From contig JAWQFM010000004.1 in the NCBI GenBank assembly GCA_033442325.1, forward strand, positions 1,998,954-2,062,953: a stretch of 64,000 bases of DNA, given 5' to 3'. The stretch is from Salpingoeca rosetta (lineage: Eukaryota > Protista > Choanoflagellata). Below the pieces are notes generated by a model. That model was not told where the DNA came from and made no database searches. It saw only the letters and a program-made list of their open reading frames with translations. The position numbers were made by a program, and so were the translations under genes. Below, in pieces: positions 62,490 to 64,000 of this stretch. Within the stretch, counting starts at the first letter, position 1; each line of letters begins with the position of its first letter.

Positions 62490-63924
62490 TGTGTGTGTGT
62501 GTACGTGTGTGTGTGTAAGGTTGCGATTTGATTAATTTCTGATGCGTACGCGCCACTTTTCTGCTCCCATTCCATCACACATCACCTCCATTCCAACACC
62601 GTCACATCTCACCGCCACCACCACGTGTGCACGTGTGCACGTGTGCAGCTGTCGCGAACGGTGCGGGCGTCGCAGCTCGATCTTGAGGACCAGCGCAATC
62701 TGTTCAAGAAGAGCATGGCCGAGGTGTCCCAGCGCAACACCAACCTTGCATCCCAGCTCCGCGTGGTGCAGATGGACAAGCAGTCGCTCGCCAAGCAGTT
62801 CAATGCCGTGCGCAAGGAGAGGGACGACTTGAAGCTACAGCGTGAGTTGAGAAGAGGGCAATTGATGGTGGAGATGAAACGTGGATGTGACGTGTGCGTG
62901 TCCGTGTCCGTGTGTGTGTGTGTGTGCTTGTGTGCTTGTGTGCTTGTGTCTGTGTGTGTGTGTGTGTGTGTGTCTGTGTGTGTGGTGATGACGATTCGCG
63001 TCTGCGTGAGGCTGATACCTGCATTTTCCGTTACTCCAGCATCTCACCCCATCCATGTCACCCAAACCCCTTGCGCTCGTTTCGCGTCAGTTGATGCTGC
63101 ACTCGCTGCACGCGCGGACAAGAACGAGCACCAACACGACGACGACGATGGTGATGAAGGAAGCCAGAGCGTGGCTGATGGCGGTGGTGAAACACAGAAG
63201 GAACAACAACAACAGCCGCAGCAGCAGCAGCAGGAGAAGGAGAATGATGATGGTGGTGAAAGTGATGGTGGCAGTGGTGAGAAGGAAGAGAATGAGGAGA
63301 TGGAAGGTGATGATGGGATGAATGAGGACGGAGAAGCAGTGCGCACACGCGATAGAGACGAGAATGATGCCGAGGCGATGGTGTCACAACAGGAACAGAA
63401 GCACGACAGCCACGACACCAAGCAGCAGCAGGAGGACGAGGAGGGCAGAGGGGAAGACGAAGTGAGTGGAAGCGAAAGCAGAGGCGATCGTGATGGTGGC
63501 AGTGATGACGGCGTTGAAAAGTTGAGGGCGGAACTGGAAGCGCTGCAGGCAAAACTCTTTGCAGCCGAAGACGAGGTGGGAGGAGGGGGTTGCAGTGGTG
63601 TATGTGTGTGTGTGTGTGTTTGCTTGTGTGTAAACGTGTGTGGAAACGCAAATAGCAAGAGTGTATCTTGTGTGCTTTCCGTCCACGCTCACCACCGCCA
63701 CCACCATTATCATCACCATCATCATTCTCGCGGCCATCAGGCGCGCACACTGCGGGACGAGGCTGCAGCGACCAAATGCGAACTGGAACGCGTGCAGAGG
63801 GAACTCAAGGTGGTGAACACCGCTGTGGCGGGAAGGGGGGTGATGGCGGGACTATGTTTGTGGTGTCTTGTGCCCTTGTCACTCACACGCGTAGACATAC
63901 CCACCCACATCACACTTGACCATC

Positions 63925-64000
<76 letters not shown>
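61180..64000 (+). CDS. Multi-exon coiled-coil protein, 3'-partial; N-terminus weakly resembles GRIPAP1/GRASP-1
   Basis: LSTEDFAALQ|AQLVELKTQLYD, heptad-rich exons and acidic linkers, with GT-AG introns. Confidence 0.6.

Overview
Eukaryotic, GC-rich, intron-dense genomic DNA with abundant (CA)n/(TG)n and (CAA)n microsatellites and four assembly gaps. The style and gene content suggest a choanoflagellate such as Salpingoeca (inference). Both ends hold ordinary spliced housekeeping genes. Left end: NYN nuclease, CTD small phosphatase, TSR2, the Polycomb PRC2 subunit EED/ESC, TVP23 and an M1 puromycin-sensitive aminopeptidase. Right end: tomosyn, CCDC58/MIX23, a stefin-type cystatin and a coiled-coil protein. 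Between them (about 17.2-51.5 kb) is an accessory zone of intron-poor, lineage-specific and decaying genes: a frameshifted P-loop NTPase, an LRR-like protein, a NACHT-WD40 protein with an eroded 3' end, a Ulp1-like protease remnant, kinase and copper-ATPase pseudogenes, and a secreted propeller-repeat gene plus a dead copy. The standout is a microsatellite-poor island at about 35.0-40.8 kb. It carries an apparently intact bacterial-type diadenylate cyclase (DisA_N/DAC) gene interrupted by two GT-AG introns, which the ORF track shows only in pieces. Next to it are an intronless caspase-fold (His-Gly / Gln-Cys) protease candidate and an orphan ORF. This may be an undescribed eukaryotic cyclic-dinucleotide signalling or defence module. 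All family assignments come from motif recognition, not database searches.
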